Below, piece by piece: positions 9,705 through 20,306 of a DNA stretch of 64,000 nucleotides. Made by a program: the position numbers and the translations under genes. Under the pieces are notes generated by a model that was not told the origin of the DNA, did not search any database, and was given only the letters and a program-made list of their open reading frames with translations. This DNA is from a virus. Each line of letters opens with the position of its first letter. Position 1 is the first letter of the stretch. Location: the IMG/VR virus record IMGVR_UViG_3300042446_001168, one strand, 5' to 3'.

Positions 9705-10430
9705 ATGTCCTCAAACTTCTTTTTCAATAACTTTGGAGCTAGTCAGGAGCAGCTTCTGATAGAGTCTTTAGTTGTTGAATCTATAAAAATATACGGCCAC
9801 GACCTCTACTATCTCCCAAGAAACCGGGTAGTGGATGATGCTATTTACGGAGAGGAAAACTACTCATCCTTCGATTCTCATTATTTTGTTGAGATGTATA
9901 TTAAGAATGTTGAAGGGTTTGGTGGACAAGGAGACTTCCTATCTAAATTCAATCTTGAGATTAGAGACCAAGTCACCTTTACGATGTCAAGAAAGACGTT
10001 CTTTGACGATATTGGCGCATATACTACCTTTGAAAGACCTAGGGAAGGAGATCTGATATATTTCCCTCTTAATAGAAAACTTTTTGAGATTAAATTTGTT
10101 GAACACGAGGCTATTTTCTATCAGCTGGGGTCACTGCAAACGTTTGACTTGGTATGTGAGTTGTTTGAATACAACAATGAGATACTCAATACAGGAATTG
10201 CTGATATTGATGTTAGGCAAGAAGCCCTCACGTTTAATATGAGTGATTTCCGAATAACAACAGAATTAGGATTAGCGTTGGCTGATGAAGATGGGTTTGA
10301 TTTGGTTCAAGAGTCATTTGGAATGAAAACTCAGGATCCTATATCCGACAATGAGGACTTGCAGGTTGAGTCAGATACTATTTTAGATTTCACTGAAATA
10401 GATCCTTTTAGCGAAAAAGGAAGCTACTAA
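9705..10430 (+). CDS. gp14: Neck protein gp14
   Basis: EQLLIESLVVESIKIYG.D.YYLPR and RPREGDLIYFP. Confidence 0.92.
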   Translation: MSSNFFFNNFGASQEQLLIESLVVESIKIYGHDLYYLPRNRVVDDAIYGEENYSSFDSHYFVEMYIKNVEGFGGQGDFLSKFNLEIRDQVTFTMSRKTFFDDIGAYTTFERPREGDLIYFPLNRKLFEIKFVEHEAIFYQLGSLQTFDLVCELFEYNNEILNTGIADIDVRQEALTFNMSDFRITTELGLALADEDGFDLVQESFGMKTQDPISDNEDLQVESDTILDFTEIDPFSEKGSY

Positions 10431-11227
10431 TGTTTGGCCAAGTCTTCTACCACGATACAATCCGAAAGTATGTTATTCTTTTTGGAACTCTTTTTAATGA
10501 CGTGTACATTGTTAAAAATAATGGCACTGATAACACACAGACAATTAAAGTTCCTATCTCGTATGGTCCTAAGCAGAAATACCTAGCCAGACTCACACAA
10601 GATCCTGGTCTGAATAAGCCTGTGGCTATTCAGCTTCCAAGGATAGCTTTTGAGCTCTCGGATATTAGCTACGCACCAGAGAGAAAACTGCCAACTATTA
10701 ACAAGATAGCTGTGCAAGACCCCACTAACCCTGATAAGTTATACTACCAGTATTCTCCAGTACCGTACGATTTTGAATTCAATCTTAGTATAATGGTAAA
10801 ACAAGCCGAAGATGGTACTAGAATACTAGAGCAAATTCTTCCTTTTTTTACTCCAGACTGGACACCCACTCTGAATCTTGATTCAACTATGCAGCACAAG
10901 TATGATACTCCTGTTACACTCAACAGTGTAACATCGCAGGATACGTACGAAGGTAACTTTGTTGACCGTAGAGCTCTTATATGGGATCTACAGTTTACTA
11001 TGAAGGGGTATATTTTTGGTCCAACAAGGAAACAAAAGAGTATCAAGACCTCTATTATTAATCTGTATGAGGTAGGAGGCAATACTGATATAGATGCTGC
11101 TGTAAATAATACTCAGGTTTCCGAAACAATAACAACTATCCCAACTGTGGCAGGTAAGACGTTAGCACAGGTCGAATCCGATGATGACTATATAATTACT
11201 CAAACAATTGAACAATATTATGAATGA
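10430..11227 (+). CDS. gp15: Tail sheath stabiliser / tail terminator gp15
   Basis: FYHDTIRKYVILFGTLFND, VPISYGPKQK and QILPFFTP. Confidence 0.92.
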   Translation: MFGQVFYHDTIRKYVILFGTLFNDVYIVKNNGTDNTQTIKVPISYGPKQKYLARLTQDPGLNKPVAIQLPRIAFELSDISYAPERKLPTINKIAVQDPTNPDKLYYQYSPVPYDFEFNLSIMVKQAEDGTRILEQILPFFTPDWTPTLNLDSTMQHKYDTPVTLNSVTSQDTYEGNFVDRRALIWDLQFTMKGYIFGPTRKQKSIKTSIINLYEVGGNTDIDAAVNNTQVSETITTIPTVAGKTLAQVESDDDYIITQTIEQYYE

Positions 11228-11606
11228 TCCTATTGGAAACGCACTTGATCTAGATCCAATGTACCAGGTCCTTCCTGCAGCAAGCAAGAAGGCTGAGGAC
11301 ATTCCTTCGGATTATCAATATGCTCGTGGCAACATTATTAACATTCTTGAGAAGGGTAATGAAGCTCTTGATGGAATGTTAGATGTTGCTCAGCAGTCTC
11401 AGCATCCTAGAGCCTATGAAGTTGTTGCAGGTCTTATTAAGACGTTATCAGACACTAACAAAGATCTACTAGAGCTTGCAAAAAGGACTAAGGAGCTAGA
11501 AAGATCAGATAATGATTCCTCACCGCAAACCATAAACAATAATCTTTTTGTTGGTTCCACAGCAGAACTTCAAAAATTAATTAAACAGAATAATGAACAA
11601 AAATGA
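11220..11606 (+). CDS. gp16: Terminase small subunit gp16
   Basis: DYQYARGN, HPRAYEV and NNNLFVGSTAELQK. Confidence 0.92.
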   Translation: MNDPIGNALDLDPMYQVLPAASKKAEDIPSDYQYARGNIINILEKGNEALDGMLDVAQQSQHPRAYEVVAGLIKTLSDTNKDLLELAKRTKELERSDNDSSPQTINNNLFVGSTAELQKLIKQNNEQK

Positions 11607-13218
11607 GATATATCTTGGTAATAAGAACTTAAAACGGTCAGATGTTAAGGTTGAGTTCACTAAAGAAGAGATACAAGAGTATATAAGATGTGCAAGAGAT
11701 CCACTATACTTCATTGAAAATTATGTGAAGATTGTTAATGTGGATAGAGGTCTGATACCATTTCTACCCTACAACTTTCAAAAAGATATTATACGATTAG
11801 CTAATACAGAGCGCTTTGTAATATGCAAGATGCCTCGCCAATGCGGTAAGACAACCACCATGGGTGCATTTATACTGCACTCTGTACTATTCAACGAAAG
11901 ATACTCTGTTGCTATTCTGGCAAATAAAGAATCCCAAGCGCAAGAAATCCTAAGCAGGATTCAGCTTGCCTATGAACATCTACCGAAGTGGCTGCAGCAG
12001 GGAGTTGTGGAGTGGAACAAAACCTCAATTGAGCTAGAAAACGGTTCAAAGATTGTTGCAAGTTCTACGGCATCTAGTGCTATTCGTGGAACAACTCAGA
12101 ATTTAGTGTACTTAGATGAGTTTGCCTTTGTTCCAAACGGTATACAAGAGAGCTTTTTTGCTTCTGTATATCCTACTGTATCTTCTGGTACAACTACAAA
12201 GGTGTTAATAACCTCTACTCCTAATGGTCTTAATTTATTTTATAAGCTGTGGGTAGATAGCGAGAACGAACGAAACTCTTATAAGAGAATAGATGTACAT
12301 TGGTCCGATGTTCCAGGAAGAGATGCTGCTTGGAAAGAAGAGACTATTCGAAACACATCAAAGGATCAATTTAAAGCTGAGTTTGAGTGCGAGTTCTTAG
12401 GGTCTTCAAACACTCTTATTGATCCAGAAGTACTGCGTAGACTAGTATTTGAGCCTACTATAGCTAGTAATGAATTCCTTAAAGTATATGCTGATCCACT
12501 ACAAGGTAGATTATACACCATGACGGTGGATGTGTCAAGGGGTTTAGGAGGAGATTATTCGGCATTTATTGTGTGGGATATATCAGAGGTACCGTACAAG
12601 GTAGTATCAACGTATAGAAATAACAATATGTCTCCGCTCATGTATCCGGAAATAATATATACTACCTGCAAAAGATATAATTATGCTCATGTACTTATTG
12701 AAACCAATGATCTTGGCCAGCAAGTGGCGGACATTCTTCATGAAGAGCTCGAATATGAAAACATTATATACACCAACAAGAATCCAAAAGGCCTTGCCGA
12801 AATCTCGCAAGGATTCAGACAGGGCGCAGTTAAAGGTGTAAGAACAACAAAGTCAACAAAAAAAGTAGGATGTAATAATTTTAAAGCACTGGTAGAAAAC
12901 GATAAGGTAGAACTCAGAGATATAGATCTTATTTCAGAACTCTACAGGTTTGTAAGTAACGGCCAATCATATGAAGCAGAGGAAGGTAACGACGACCTTG
13001 CAATGTGTGGTGTTCTTTTTGGCTGGATGATGACTCAGAATTATGTCAGAGAGTTGACTGATTTAGATATTCGTCAGCGGATCTTGCTAGAGAAGCAAAA
13101 AACAATGGATGACGAGCTCCTACCTTTTGGTATTATTGAGGATGGACAACCCTTTACTGGTGAGCTCGAGTTGACCAAAGATCTACTTGCTGAACTACTG
13201 TTTCCTAGTGGAGATTAG
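11593..13218 (+). CDS. gp17: Terminase large subunit gp17
   Basis: Walker A PRQCGKTT, Walker B YLDEFAF, STPNG and nuclease DDLAM. Confidence 0.96.
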   Translation: MNKNEIYLGNKNLKRSDVKVEFTKEEIQEYIRCARDPLYFIENYVKIVNVDRGLIPFLPYNFQKDIIRLANTERFVICKMPRQCGKTTTMGAFILHSVLFNERYSVAILANKESQAQEILSRIQLAYEHLPKWLQQGVVEWNKTSIELENGSKIVASSTASSAIRGTTQNLVYLDEFAFVPNGIQESFFASVYPTVSSGTTTKVLITSTPNGLNLFYKLWVDSENERNSYKRIDVHWSDVPGRDAAWKEETIRNTSKDQFKAEFECEFLGSSNTLIDPEVLRRLVFEPTIASNEFLKVYADPLQGRLYTMTVDVSRGLGGDYSAFIVWDISEVPYKVVSTYRNNNMSPLMYPEIIYTTCKRYNYAHVLIETNDLGQQVADILHEELEYENIIYTNKNPKGLAEISQGFRQGAVKGVRTTKSTKKVGCNNFKALVENDKVELRDIDLISELYRFVSNGQSYEAEEGNDDLAMCGVLFGWMMTQNYVRELTDLDIRQRILLEKQKTMDDELLPFGIIEDGQPFTGELELTKDLLAELLFPSGD

Positions 13219-13224
13219 CAATAT

Positions 13225-13232
13225 TATAAATA
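13225..13232 (+). promoter_or_regulatory. T4 late promoter TATAAATA (gp18)
   Basis: Exact consensus upstream of the AGGAG RBS of the sheath gene. Confidence 0.8.
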
Positions 13233-13262
13233 TAAAGAAACTCTAGTCCTTAGGAGAATAAA

Positions 13263-15557
13263 ATGGCATTTCAAGTTAGTCCTGGCGTAAACGTATCTGA
13301 AATTGACTTAACAACAGTCGTACCAGCGGTGGCAACATCCACTGGTGCGGTGGCTGGTGTATTTAAGTGGGGTCCTCTTGATGAAAGAACCCTAGTCAGT
13401 TCAGAAATTGGTTTGGTAGATAGATTTGGTAAACCAACTAACCACAACCCCGAAACATTTTTTACCGCTGCTAACTTTTTAGCTTACGGTAATGCGCTGT
13501 ATGTTGCAAGAGCTGGTAACACCACTCCAACATCAGCATATACCTCTTGTACCACAGCAGATAGCAATGCTCAAATCATTGCTGTTAGTACCGCTAGTTT
13601 AGCAGTTGGTATGAAGGTTGCTGGTTTAAGTACAGTTCCTGATGGCACACTGATTACAGCAATAACAAACTCAACGTTGTTTACTGTTGCAACTGCTGCT
13701 AATGGTATTGCATCATCCACCAACACATACTTCTACAGTGCAAACTCGGTATTGAGTGCAATTGCTACCAGTGATAGTTCTAATTCAATTGTAGTGAGTA
13801 ACTTTGCTACAACGACTACAGTCAAAAACGACACCCACTATGGTACGATGACGTTTAGCGATTCGGATCTATATTACATTGCTAGACATCCTGGTGAGTT
13901 TGGTAACTCGTTGAAGATCTCGGTTTGTGATAGTGCTAATGCATACCTCAGAAACCTCAGTATCACAAACTCTGACGCTAACCTAGCATCTGGCTCTTTG
14001 GCCGCTACTATTGGGTCAACCACTGTTACCGTGTCCGTTGCTAACTCTTCGACAGGTACATTGGCAGAAGCCAACACTAGAATGGCGGCTCTCCTGAGCA
14101 GCATTGAAGTTGGTGACAACCTTGAGCTTGGTAATACATCAATTGGTAAACAGTATGTTAGGGTGCTGAGTGTTCCAGCTACTATGGGAACCAACTCCGA
14201 GTTTGCAAATACAACACACAGATACTTTAGTGTGACAGTTGATAGCGCTTATCAACTTGCTGCAGATTTCAGCGGAAGCAATGTTGTTGCATACTGGGAG
14301 TATTTCAACACAGTTGATGTTGCTCCTGGCACATCAGACTACCAAACAAGTTTTGGTAATACATCTGCCGTAGATGAGATGCACATCGTTGTTGCTGATG
14401 AAGATGGATTATTTACAGGTGTGCCTGGATCTATCCTTGAAGTATACAAAGGAGTATCGCGCGCAACAAATGCAAAGACCACTGATGGTGCCACCAACTA
14501 CTATGTAAATGTTATCAACGATTCAAGTAAGTATGTGAGATGGGCTAACCACAGAGCTGGAGTAGCTTCTAACACAGCCTCTAATTTGGCAAGTGTTGAT
14601 ACAGTACCACTCTACGCTTCGTTCCATAACGGTCAAGATGGTGATGCTGAGGATGCTATTCCACTAGGTAGAGTCCTGGCTGCATATGATTTGTTTGCAT
14701 CCACTGACGATGTTGACGTTGCTCTAGTTATGACTGGTAAGTCAAGAGGCGGCACTAACGGAGAGCAGATTGCTAACTATTTGGTTGATAATATTGCAGA
14801 AGTAAGAAAAGATTGTATTGTTCTTGCATCTCCTGAAAAAGCAGATGTTGTCAATAACAATAACTTAGACGAAGCTAGCGATACTGTCACATTTAGAAAT
14901 TCGTTAAGATCATCTTCGTATCTAGTTATTGATTCTGGATACAAGTATCAATATGACAAGTATAATGATGTGTTCCGTTACGTTCCATTGAATGGTGATA
15001 TTGCTGGTCTATGTGTTAGAACCGATGCTACTCGTGATCCTTGGTTCTCGCCTGCTGGTTTCAATCGCGGTCAGATTAAAAACCTAGTAAAACTAGCATA
15101 CAATCCAGATAAAGCAGATAGAGATCTTCTGTATAAGAATGGTATCAATCCAGTAGCAACATTCCCTGGTCAAGGTACTGTTTTGTTTGGCGACAAGACT
15201 GCTCTATCGAAGCCTAGCGCATTTGATCGTATTAACGTACGTAGATTGTTTATTGTTCTTGAGAAGGCAATTGCAACAGCTGCCAAGTTCTCGCTGTTCG
15301 AATTCAATGACGAATTCACCAGAGCCCAGTTTGTGTCTCTAGTTGAGCCGTTCTTGCGTGATGTCCAAGGAAGAAGAGGCATCTACGACTACAGAGTGGT
15401 TTGCGATAACACCAACAACACCGGTGAAGTAGTCGATAGAAACGAGTTTGTCGGGGACATATATATTAAGCCAGCTAAGTCAATTAATTTCATTCAGCTC
15501 AACTTCGTTGCAGTAAGAACAGGTGTGGCTTTTGATGAAATAGTTGGTAAGTTTTAA
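13263..15557 (+). CDS. gp18: Tail sheath protein gp18
   Basis: MAFQVSPGVNVSEIDLT, PWFSPAGFNRG and FDRINVRRLF. Confidence 0.97.
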   Translation: MAFQVSPGVNVSEIDLTTVVPAVATSTGAVAGVFKWGPLDERTLVSSEIGLVDRFGKPTNHNPETFFTAANFLAYGNALYVARAGNTTPTSAYTSCTTADSNAQIIAVSTASLAVGMKVAGLSTVPDGTLITAITNSTLFTVATAANGIASSTNTYFYSANSVLSAIATSDSSNSIVVSNFATTTTVKNDTHYGTMTFSDSDLYYIARHPGEFGNSLKISVCDSANAYLRNLSITNSDANLASGSLAATIGSTTVTVSVANSSTGTLAEANTRMAALLSSIEVGDNLELGNTSIGKQYVRVLSVPATMGTNSEFANTTHRYFSVTVDSAYQLAADFSGSNVVAYWEYFNTVDVAPGTSDYQTSFGNTSAVDEMHIVVADEDGLFTGVPGSILEVYKGVSRATNAKTTDGATNYYVNVINDSSKYVRWANHRAGVASNTASNLASVDTVPLYASFHNGQDGDAEDAIPLGRVLAAYDLFASTDDVDVALVMTGKSRGGTNGEQIANYLVDNIAEVRKDCIVLASPEKADVVNNNNLDEASDTVTFRNSLRSSSYLVIDSGYKYQYDKYNDVFRYVPLNGDIAGLCVRTDATRDPWFSPAGFNRGQIKNLVKLAYNPDKADRDLLYKNGINPVATFPGQGTVLFGDKTALSKPSAFDRINVRRLFIVLEKAIATAAKFSLFEFNDEFTRAQFVSLVEPFLRDVQGRRGIYDYRVVCDNTNNTGEVVDRNEFVGDIYIKPAKSINFIQLNFVAVRTGVAFDEIVGKF

Positions 15558-15573
15558 TCAAGGAGAACAGTAA

Positions 15574-16083
15574 ATGGCTTTCAACATTAATGCATTTAAA
15601 TCGCTAGTAAGTACTACCGATTTTGCAAGACCGTCGTTATTCCAGGTGTTTATGTCTACACCACCTGGTGTTACTCCTCTTATCCCTTTTAGTCCTTTCC
15701 TGGTTAGGTCGGCAAGCTTGCCGGCTTCTAACGTAGGACAGATCCCAATCTCGTATGGTGGACGTACCATTAAGATTGCAGGAGAAAGAACGTATTCGGA
15801 TTGGTCGACGACAGTTATGAACGACGAAGGATTTATCGTTCGTAACGCAATAGAAACATGGATGGAGATTATCAATCAGCGAGTGAGTAACTTCAGAGCT
15901 TTCCCTAGTGAGTACAAAGTTGACCTAACAGTCACTCAATACTCTAAAAAAGGACCTCCACTCAAGATTGTTAAACTCATTGGTTGCTTTCCTACAGCGG
16001 TTAGTGAAATAGCGCTGGATTGGGGATCGGCCGATGCAATTGAAGAATTTGGTATTACTTGGTCTTACGACTACTGGGAATGA
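15574..16083 (+). CDS. gp19: Tail tube protein gp19
   Basis: ARPSLFQV, GRTIKIAGERT...W and IEEF..TWSYDYW. Confidence 0.93.
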   Translation: MAFNINAFKSLVSTTDFARPSLFQVFMSTPPGVTPLIPFSPFLVRSASLPASNVGQIPISYGGRTIKIAGERTYSDWSTTVMNDEGFIVRNAIETWMEIINQRVSNFRAFPSEYKVDLTVTQYSKKGPPLKIVKLIGCFPTAVSEIALDWGSADAIEEFGITWSYDYWE

Positions 16084-16086
16084 TAC

Positions 16087-16110
16087 GGGAGGGGCTTAAT
16101 GCCCCTCTTC
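16087..16110 (+). terminator. GC-rich hairpin after gp19
   Basis: GAGGGGC-TTAAT-GCCCCTC stem with a weak U tail. Confidence 0.5.
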
Positions 16111-16125
16111 TAACAAGAGGATAAT

Positions 16126-16734
16126 ATGACACCATATACATACCTATTAGGATGGAGTGATCTTAATAAGTTTTATTATGGTGTTAGATATGCAAAGACC
16201 TGTAGTCCAGGGGATTTGTGGGTAACATATTTTACATCATCCAACGTTGTAAAAACGTTTTACCAGAAGCATGGTGATCCAGATATTATAGAAATACGAG
16301 AAACGTTTAGTAGTCAGCAAGATGCTCGCTGCTATGAGGAAAAGGTTCTGAGACGGTTGGATTGTGCTGGAAGAAAAGATTTTTTAAATGTTTGTAACGG
16401 CAGAGCAATACCATCAGAGATGGCTAGCCATCCTGGTGAGCAGCATCCAATGTTTGGTAAAAAACACTCGGATGAAACTAAAGAAAAGATGAAAAAGCCA
16501 AAAAGTACATCACACAAGTCCAATCTGAGTAACGCGGCAAAAAAAAGATGGATAGGTGTTAATAGGAGTGGTGTTAATAACGCTAACTTTAAAGGCATGA
16601 TCAAAACACCCTATGGAATCTTTGCTGGCTTAAAAGCTGCTGCTTTAGCAGAACCTGTTACGGTTGATGTATCTACAATTTCTAATAGGATAAAAAATCC
16701 TAAGTTTAATAATTATGAAAGAGTTGTGATATGA
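16126..16734 (+). mobile_element. Free-standing Seg-like (GIY-YIG type) homing endonuclease with NUMOD3 motif
   Basis: N-terminal YTY...FYYGVR...YFTSS; NUMOD3-like HPMFGKKHSDETKEKM; inserted between gp19 and gp20. Confidence 0.75.
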
Positions 16735-18248
16735 ATTTGTTTGGATTTGAATTTAAAAAAAGTGTACCACAAGAGGAACCAGTATCATTTGCACCACCTG
16801 TCAATGATGATGGTGCTGTAGTTGTTGCTGCTGGTGGCTCTTATGGCACCTTTGTAGATTTAGAAGGCACAGCTAGAACCGAAGCTGAGCTAGTAACTCG
16901 TTATAGGGATATGTCTCTCACTGCAGACATCGAACGTGCCGTAGACGAGGTAGTTAATGAAGCTATTGTTCATGATAAGATGGATGAAGTGGTAAGACTG
17001 AATCTTGATAGACTTGGGTACCCTGATAATATCAAGCAAGTTATTATTACAGAGTTCTCTAATATCAAGAGTTTGCTAGATTTTGATAACCAGGCTTATG
17101 AGATTTTCAGAAAGTGGTATGTTGATGGTAGATTATACTACCACGCCATTATTGATGAGAACAATCCAAGACTTGGTATCAAAGAGTTAAGAAATATAGA
17201 TCCACGGAAAATACGTAAGGTCCGTGAGCAGAAGAAGAAAAGAGACCCTAAGTCTCAGGTAGTCGTAACACAGAATCAGAAAGAGTACTTCCTGTACAAC
17301 GAAAAGGGATACAACGCTCAAGGTATTGGTAGTGGGGCTGTATCTCATTCGGCAACTGGTGTTAAGATTGCTAAAGATTCTATCGTTCATAGTGTATCCG
17401 GATTAATGGATAACAACGGGTCGATGGTTCTTTCGTTCCTGCACAAGGCTATTAAGCCATTAAACCAATTAAGAGTTCTTGAAGACGCAACTGTTATATA
17501 CAGACTCTCAAGAGCTCCAGAGAGAAGAATATTCTACATTGACGTAGGTAATCTTCCTAAGATGAAAGCAGAGCAGTATCTTCGTGATATGATGGCTCGA
17601 CACAAGAACAGATTAGTCTATGATGCCTCGACAGGGGAGGTCAGAGACGATAGGAAGTTCATGACAATGTTGGAAGACTACTGGCTTCCAAGACGTGAAG
17701 GTGGTCGTGGTACAGAAATCACGACATTGCCTGGTGGAGAAAACCTAGGCAAGATTGAGGATGTTGAATATTTCCAAAAGAAATTATATCAAGCCTTAAA
17801 TGTTCCAGTTACCAGACTGCAATCTGAGCAGACCTATTCAATAGGTAGAGCCACAGAGATAACAAGAGATGAAGTTAAGTTTGCCAAGTTTATCAAAAGA
17901 CTGCGCGCACGATTCTCTGCCCTGTTCCTCAAGTGCTTAGAGAAACAGCTAGTACTAAAAGGAATTGTTACTACTGATGACTGGGAGGCAATGTCTCAGT
18001 TTATCAAGTTCGAGTTTTCAAGTGACGATTATTATGAAGAATTGAAAGAGACTGAGGTAATGGCTTCAAGAATCAATGTTGCAAACCAACTAGCTCCTTA
18101 TATTGGTAAATACTATTCGCATAAATGGCTAAGACAGAATGTATTTAAGCAAAATGATGAGGATATGATTGCACAAGATGCTGATCTCAATGGAGAGTTT
18201 AGTAATGCAGTTTTCTACCCTCCACAACCACCTTCAGAGCCTCAATAA
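16731..18248 (+). CDS. gp20: Portal protein gp20
   Basis: RAPERRIFYIDVGNLPK and EDYWLPRREGGRGTEITTLPGG. Confidence 0.97.
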   Translation: MNLFGFEFKKSVPQEEPVSFAPPVNDDGAVVVAAGGSYGTFVDLEGTARTEAELVTRYRDMSLTADIERAVDEVVNEAIVHDKMDEVVRLNLDRLGYPDNIKQVIITEFSNIKSLLDFDNQAYEIFRKWYVDGRLYYHAIIDENNPRLGIKELRNIDPRKIRKVREQKKKRDPKSQVVVTQNQKEYFLYNEKGYNAQGIGSGAVSHSATGVKIAKDSIVHSVSGLMDNNGSMVLSFLHKAIKPLNQLRVLEDATVIYRLSRAPERRIFYIDVGNLPKMKAEQYLRDMMARHKNRLVYDASTGEVRDDRKFMTMLEDYWLPRREGGRGTEITTLPGGENLGKIEDVEYFQKKLYQALNVPVTRLQSEQTYSIGRATEITRDEVKFAKFIKRLRARFSALFLKCLEKQLVLKGIVTTDDWEAMSQFIKFEFSSDDYYEELKETEVMASRINVANQLAPYIGKYYSHKWLRQNVFKQNDEDMIAQDADLNGEFSNAVFYPPQPPSEPQ

Positions 18249-18263
18249 TTATTAGGAGATATA

Positions 18264-18479
18264 ATGCCAGACGGACAACCACAGTATGATGTAAGTGACT
18301 TAGTTAAGCATGCTTACGAGGGTCAGCCTTCGAGGATGCAAGATGTGTTTAATGAGCTCATGATGGGCAGAATTTATGATTCAATTCAGCAAAAAAAAGT
18401 CGAGGTAGCTCAATCATTTTTTGCACAACCCACAGACAATACTGATTCAGATCACGAAGAACAAGAAGAGGATATTTAA
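18264..18479 (+). CDS. Small prohead core protein (gp67-like position)
   Basis: Acidic 71-aa ORF after the portal gene with a strong RBS. Confidence 0.55.
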   Translation: MPDGQPQYDVSDLVKHAYEGQPSRMQDVFNELMMGRIYDSIQQKKVEVAQSFFAQPTDNTDSDHEEQEEDI

Positions 18480-18480
18480 G

Positions 18481-19314
18481 ATGGCAAAAACTCTTAAAGG
18501 TATTTTGGAGGTTTATTCTCCTAAATCTAAGGACGAGAAACGCTTCAAAGACAAGCACATTATTGCTAAGCAGAAGCTAGATGATGCTGGTACTCAAGAT
18601 GATAAGATGTTCAATGCAACTAACATCAAGACTATTGGACGTGAGAAGACTCGTCATGGATACGATGTCAATAAGGATGAGAGAGTGTATGAGGAGTCTA
18701 CAAAGCTACATCCAATGGCTCTTCATGTCAGCCATGTTGATAGTGGTATGCACAAAGGTAAGTACAAGGTACATGCAGTTGGTAAAAGCCTATCCGATAG
18801 TATTGATGTTGGTGAGCATCTTTCTGATACTGAGTTAGATGATGCTGCTGAAATGGGTGCCAAGATTAAGCACAAAGATTCGTATTCGTCCGTCAAAGAA
18901 GAAGTTGAAGGTCTTGACGAGAGCGATACATCGCATCAGCGGTTCCAAAAGAACCACGAAGAAGCTGCTAAGCATATTAAAGGTATCACCAAGGCCCTAT
19001 CTGATCACTACGACGCTGTTACTAGTAAAAAGAATTATAACCAAGGTGAGGCCGGTTGGCACCATGTTGATCAGATTAAGACAATTAATAACTCACTATC
19101 TGACCTACATGATAGAATCTTGCAGATGGCTGATTACAGCAAGCCAGCTAAGCTCAAGGAAGGATATGATCAGGATCCAGAGATCAACGAGCTTCTAAAT
19201 ACCGTATATGAAAATTTGTCAGACGACAACAAAAAGGTATTTAACGATATACTTGAAAATAGCCCAGATCAAATGATTGAGTTTTTAGAGCAGTTGGAGG
19301 TGCAAAATGGCTGA
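18481..19314 (+). CDS. Putative prohead core / internal head protein
   Basis: Lies between gp20 and gp21; His/charge-rich, with VYEE, VKEE, LDES and LKEG gp21-type cleavage-like sites. Confidence 0.55.
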   Translation: MAKTLKGILEVYSPKSKDEKRFKDKHIIAKQKLDDAGTQDDKMFNATNIKTIGREKTRHGYDVNKDERVYEESTKLHPMALHVSHVDSGMHKGKYKVHAVGKSLSDSIDVGEHLSDTELDDAAEMGAKIKHKDSYSSVKEEVEGLDESDTSHQRFQKNHEEAAKHIKGITKALSDHYDAVTSKKNYNQGEAGWHHVDQIKTINNSLSDLHDRILQMADYSKPAKLKEGYDQDPEINELLNTVYENLSDDNKKVFNDILENSPDQMIEFLEQLEVQNG

Positions 19315-19603
19315 TCCATTTAAACCAATAGGAGTAGAGGTTGCTTTGACAACAGCTAACAATCTCAGTTTGGCTTCTCTTGTAAGATTAGTCAATGTGG
19401 ATAGTGCCAATAGCGCGACCATTACTATAACATCAAATACAGGTACGGTGCTAGGAACATTTACACTTGGCCACCATGGTACTGATTTTGGTATAGAATA
19501 TGTTGTTAAAAATCCAACTGATACTTTAAAAGCAAATAACCAACCAAATAATGGCGCCTATGCTGGCGCGGGTATTTTTGCTGTTGCTGCTGCGTATAGA
19601 TAA
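19307..19603 (+). CDS. Small virion-associated hypothetical protein
   Basis: GGAGG RBS; beta-rich; immediately upstream of gp21. Confidence 0.5.
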   Translation: MADPFKPIGVEVALTTANNLSLASLVRLVNVDSANSATITITSNTGTVLGTFTLGHHGTDFGIEYVVKNPTDTLKANNQPNNGAYAGAGIFAVAAAYR

Positions 19604-19612
19604 GGAACTAGA

Positions 19613-20260
19613 ATGAAACTAATCTGCGAAGTCAACGAAGGGATGAAGTTCCTTGTTGAAGAAAAAGAAGGAAAGAAGAGCTTTTTTATTGAAGGTATCT
19701 TTATGCAAGCCGATCGTACCAATAAAAATGGCAGGATATATAGGGGTAATGTTCTTGAGAGAGAAGTGAACAGATATAATAAAGAATACATTCAAGAGAA
19801 TAGGGCTTTTGGAGAGTTAGGTCACCCACAAGGTCCTAATATCAATCTTGAAAGAGTATCTCACATGACTGTTAAGCTCTTTAAAGAAGGGTCTAACTTC
19901 ATTGGTAAAGCCAAGATTATGGACACTCCATACGGCAACATTGTTAAGAATCTAATGAGTGAGGGATGTGTTCTTGGCGTATCGTCAAGAGGTATGGGTT
20001 CCTTGAAGCTCAACAGCGAAGGTATTAATGAAGTACAGGATGACTTTCATTTAGCTACCGCTGCAGATGTTGTTGCAGATCCTTCCGCACCGGATGCGTT
20101 TGTCAGAGGGATCATGGAAGGAGTTGAGTGGGTATGGGACAATGGTCTCCTTAAAGCTCAGAAGTTAGAAGAAATGAAGAAAACCATTCAAAAGACATCA
20201 AGTAGAAACCTTGAAGAGCAAAAGATCAAGGTTTTTAAACAATTCATTGATTCACTGTAA
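19613..20260 (+). CDS. gp21: Prohead protease gp21
   Basis: GELGHP, GVSSRGMGSL and DVVADPSAPDAFV. Confidence 0.96.
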   Translation: MKLICEVNEGMKFLVEEKEGKKSFFIEGIFMQADRTNKNGRIYRGNVLEREVNRYNKEYIQENRAFGELGHPQGPNINLERVSHMTVKLFKEGSNFIGKAKIMDTPYGNIVKNLMSEGCVLGVSSRGMGSLKLNSEGINEVQDDFHLATAADVVADPSAPDAFVRGIMEGVEWVWDNGLLKAQKLEEMKKTIQKTSSRNLEEQKIKVFKQFIDSL

Positions 20261-20270
20261 ATTTTTAAAA

Positions 20271-20278
20271 TATAAATA
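20271..20278 (+). promoter_or_regulatory. T4 late promoter TATAAATA (gp22/gp23)
   Basis: Exact consensus. Confidence 0.8.
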
Positions 20279-20306
20279 ATAAAGATACTTTTAAGGAGTA
20301 AAGAAA

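Noticed and set aside
11593-13218. Inteins or introns in terminase, polymerase or helicase
   Set aside because: Lengths and motif spacing are normal, and no Hint motifs were seen in gp17, gp43 or gp41.
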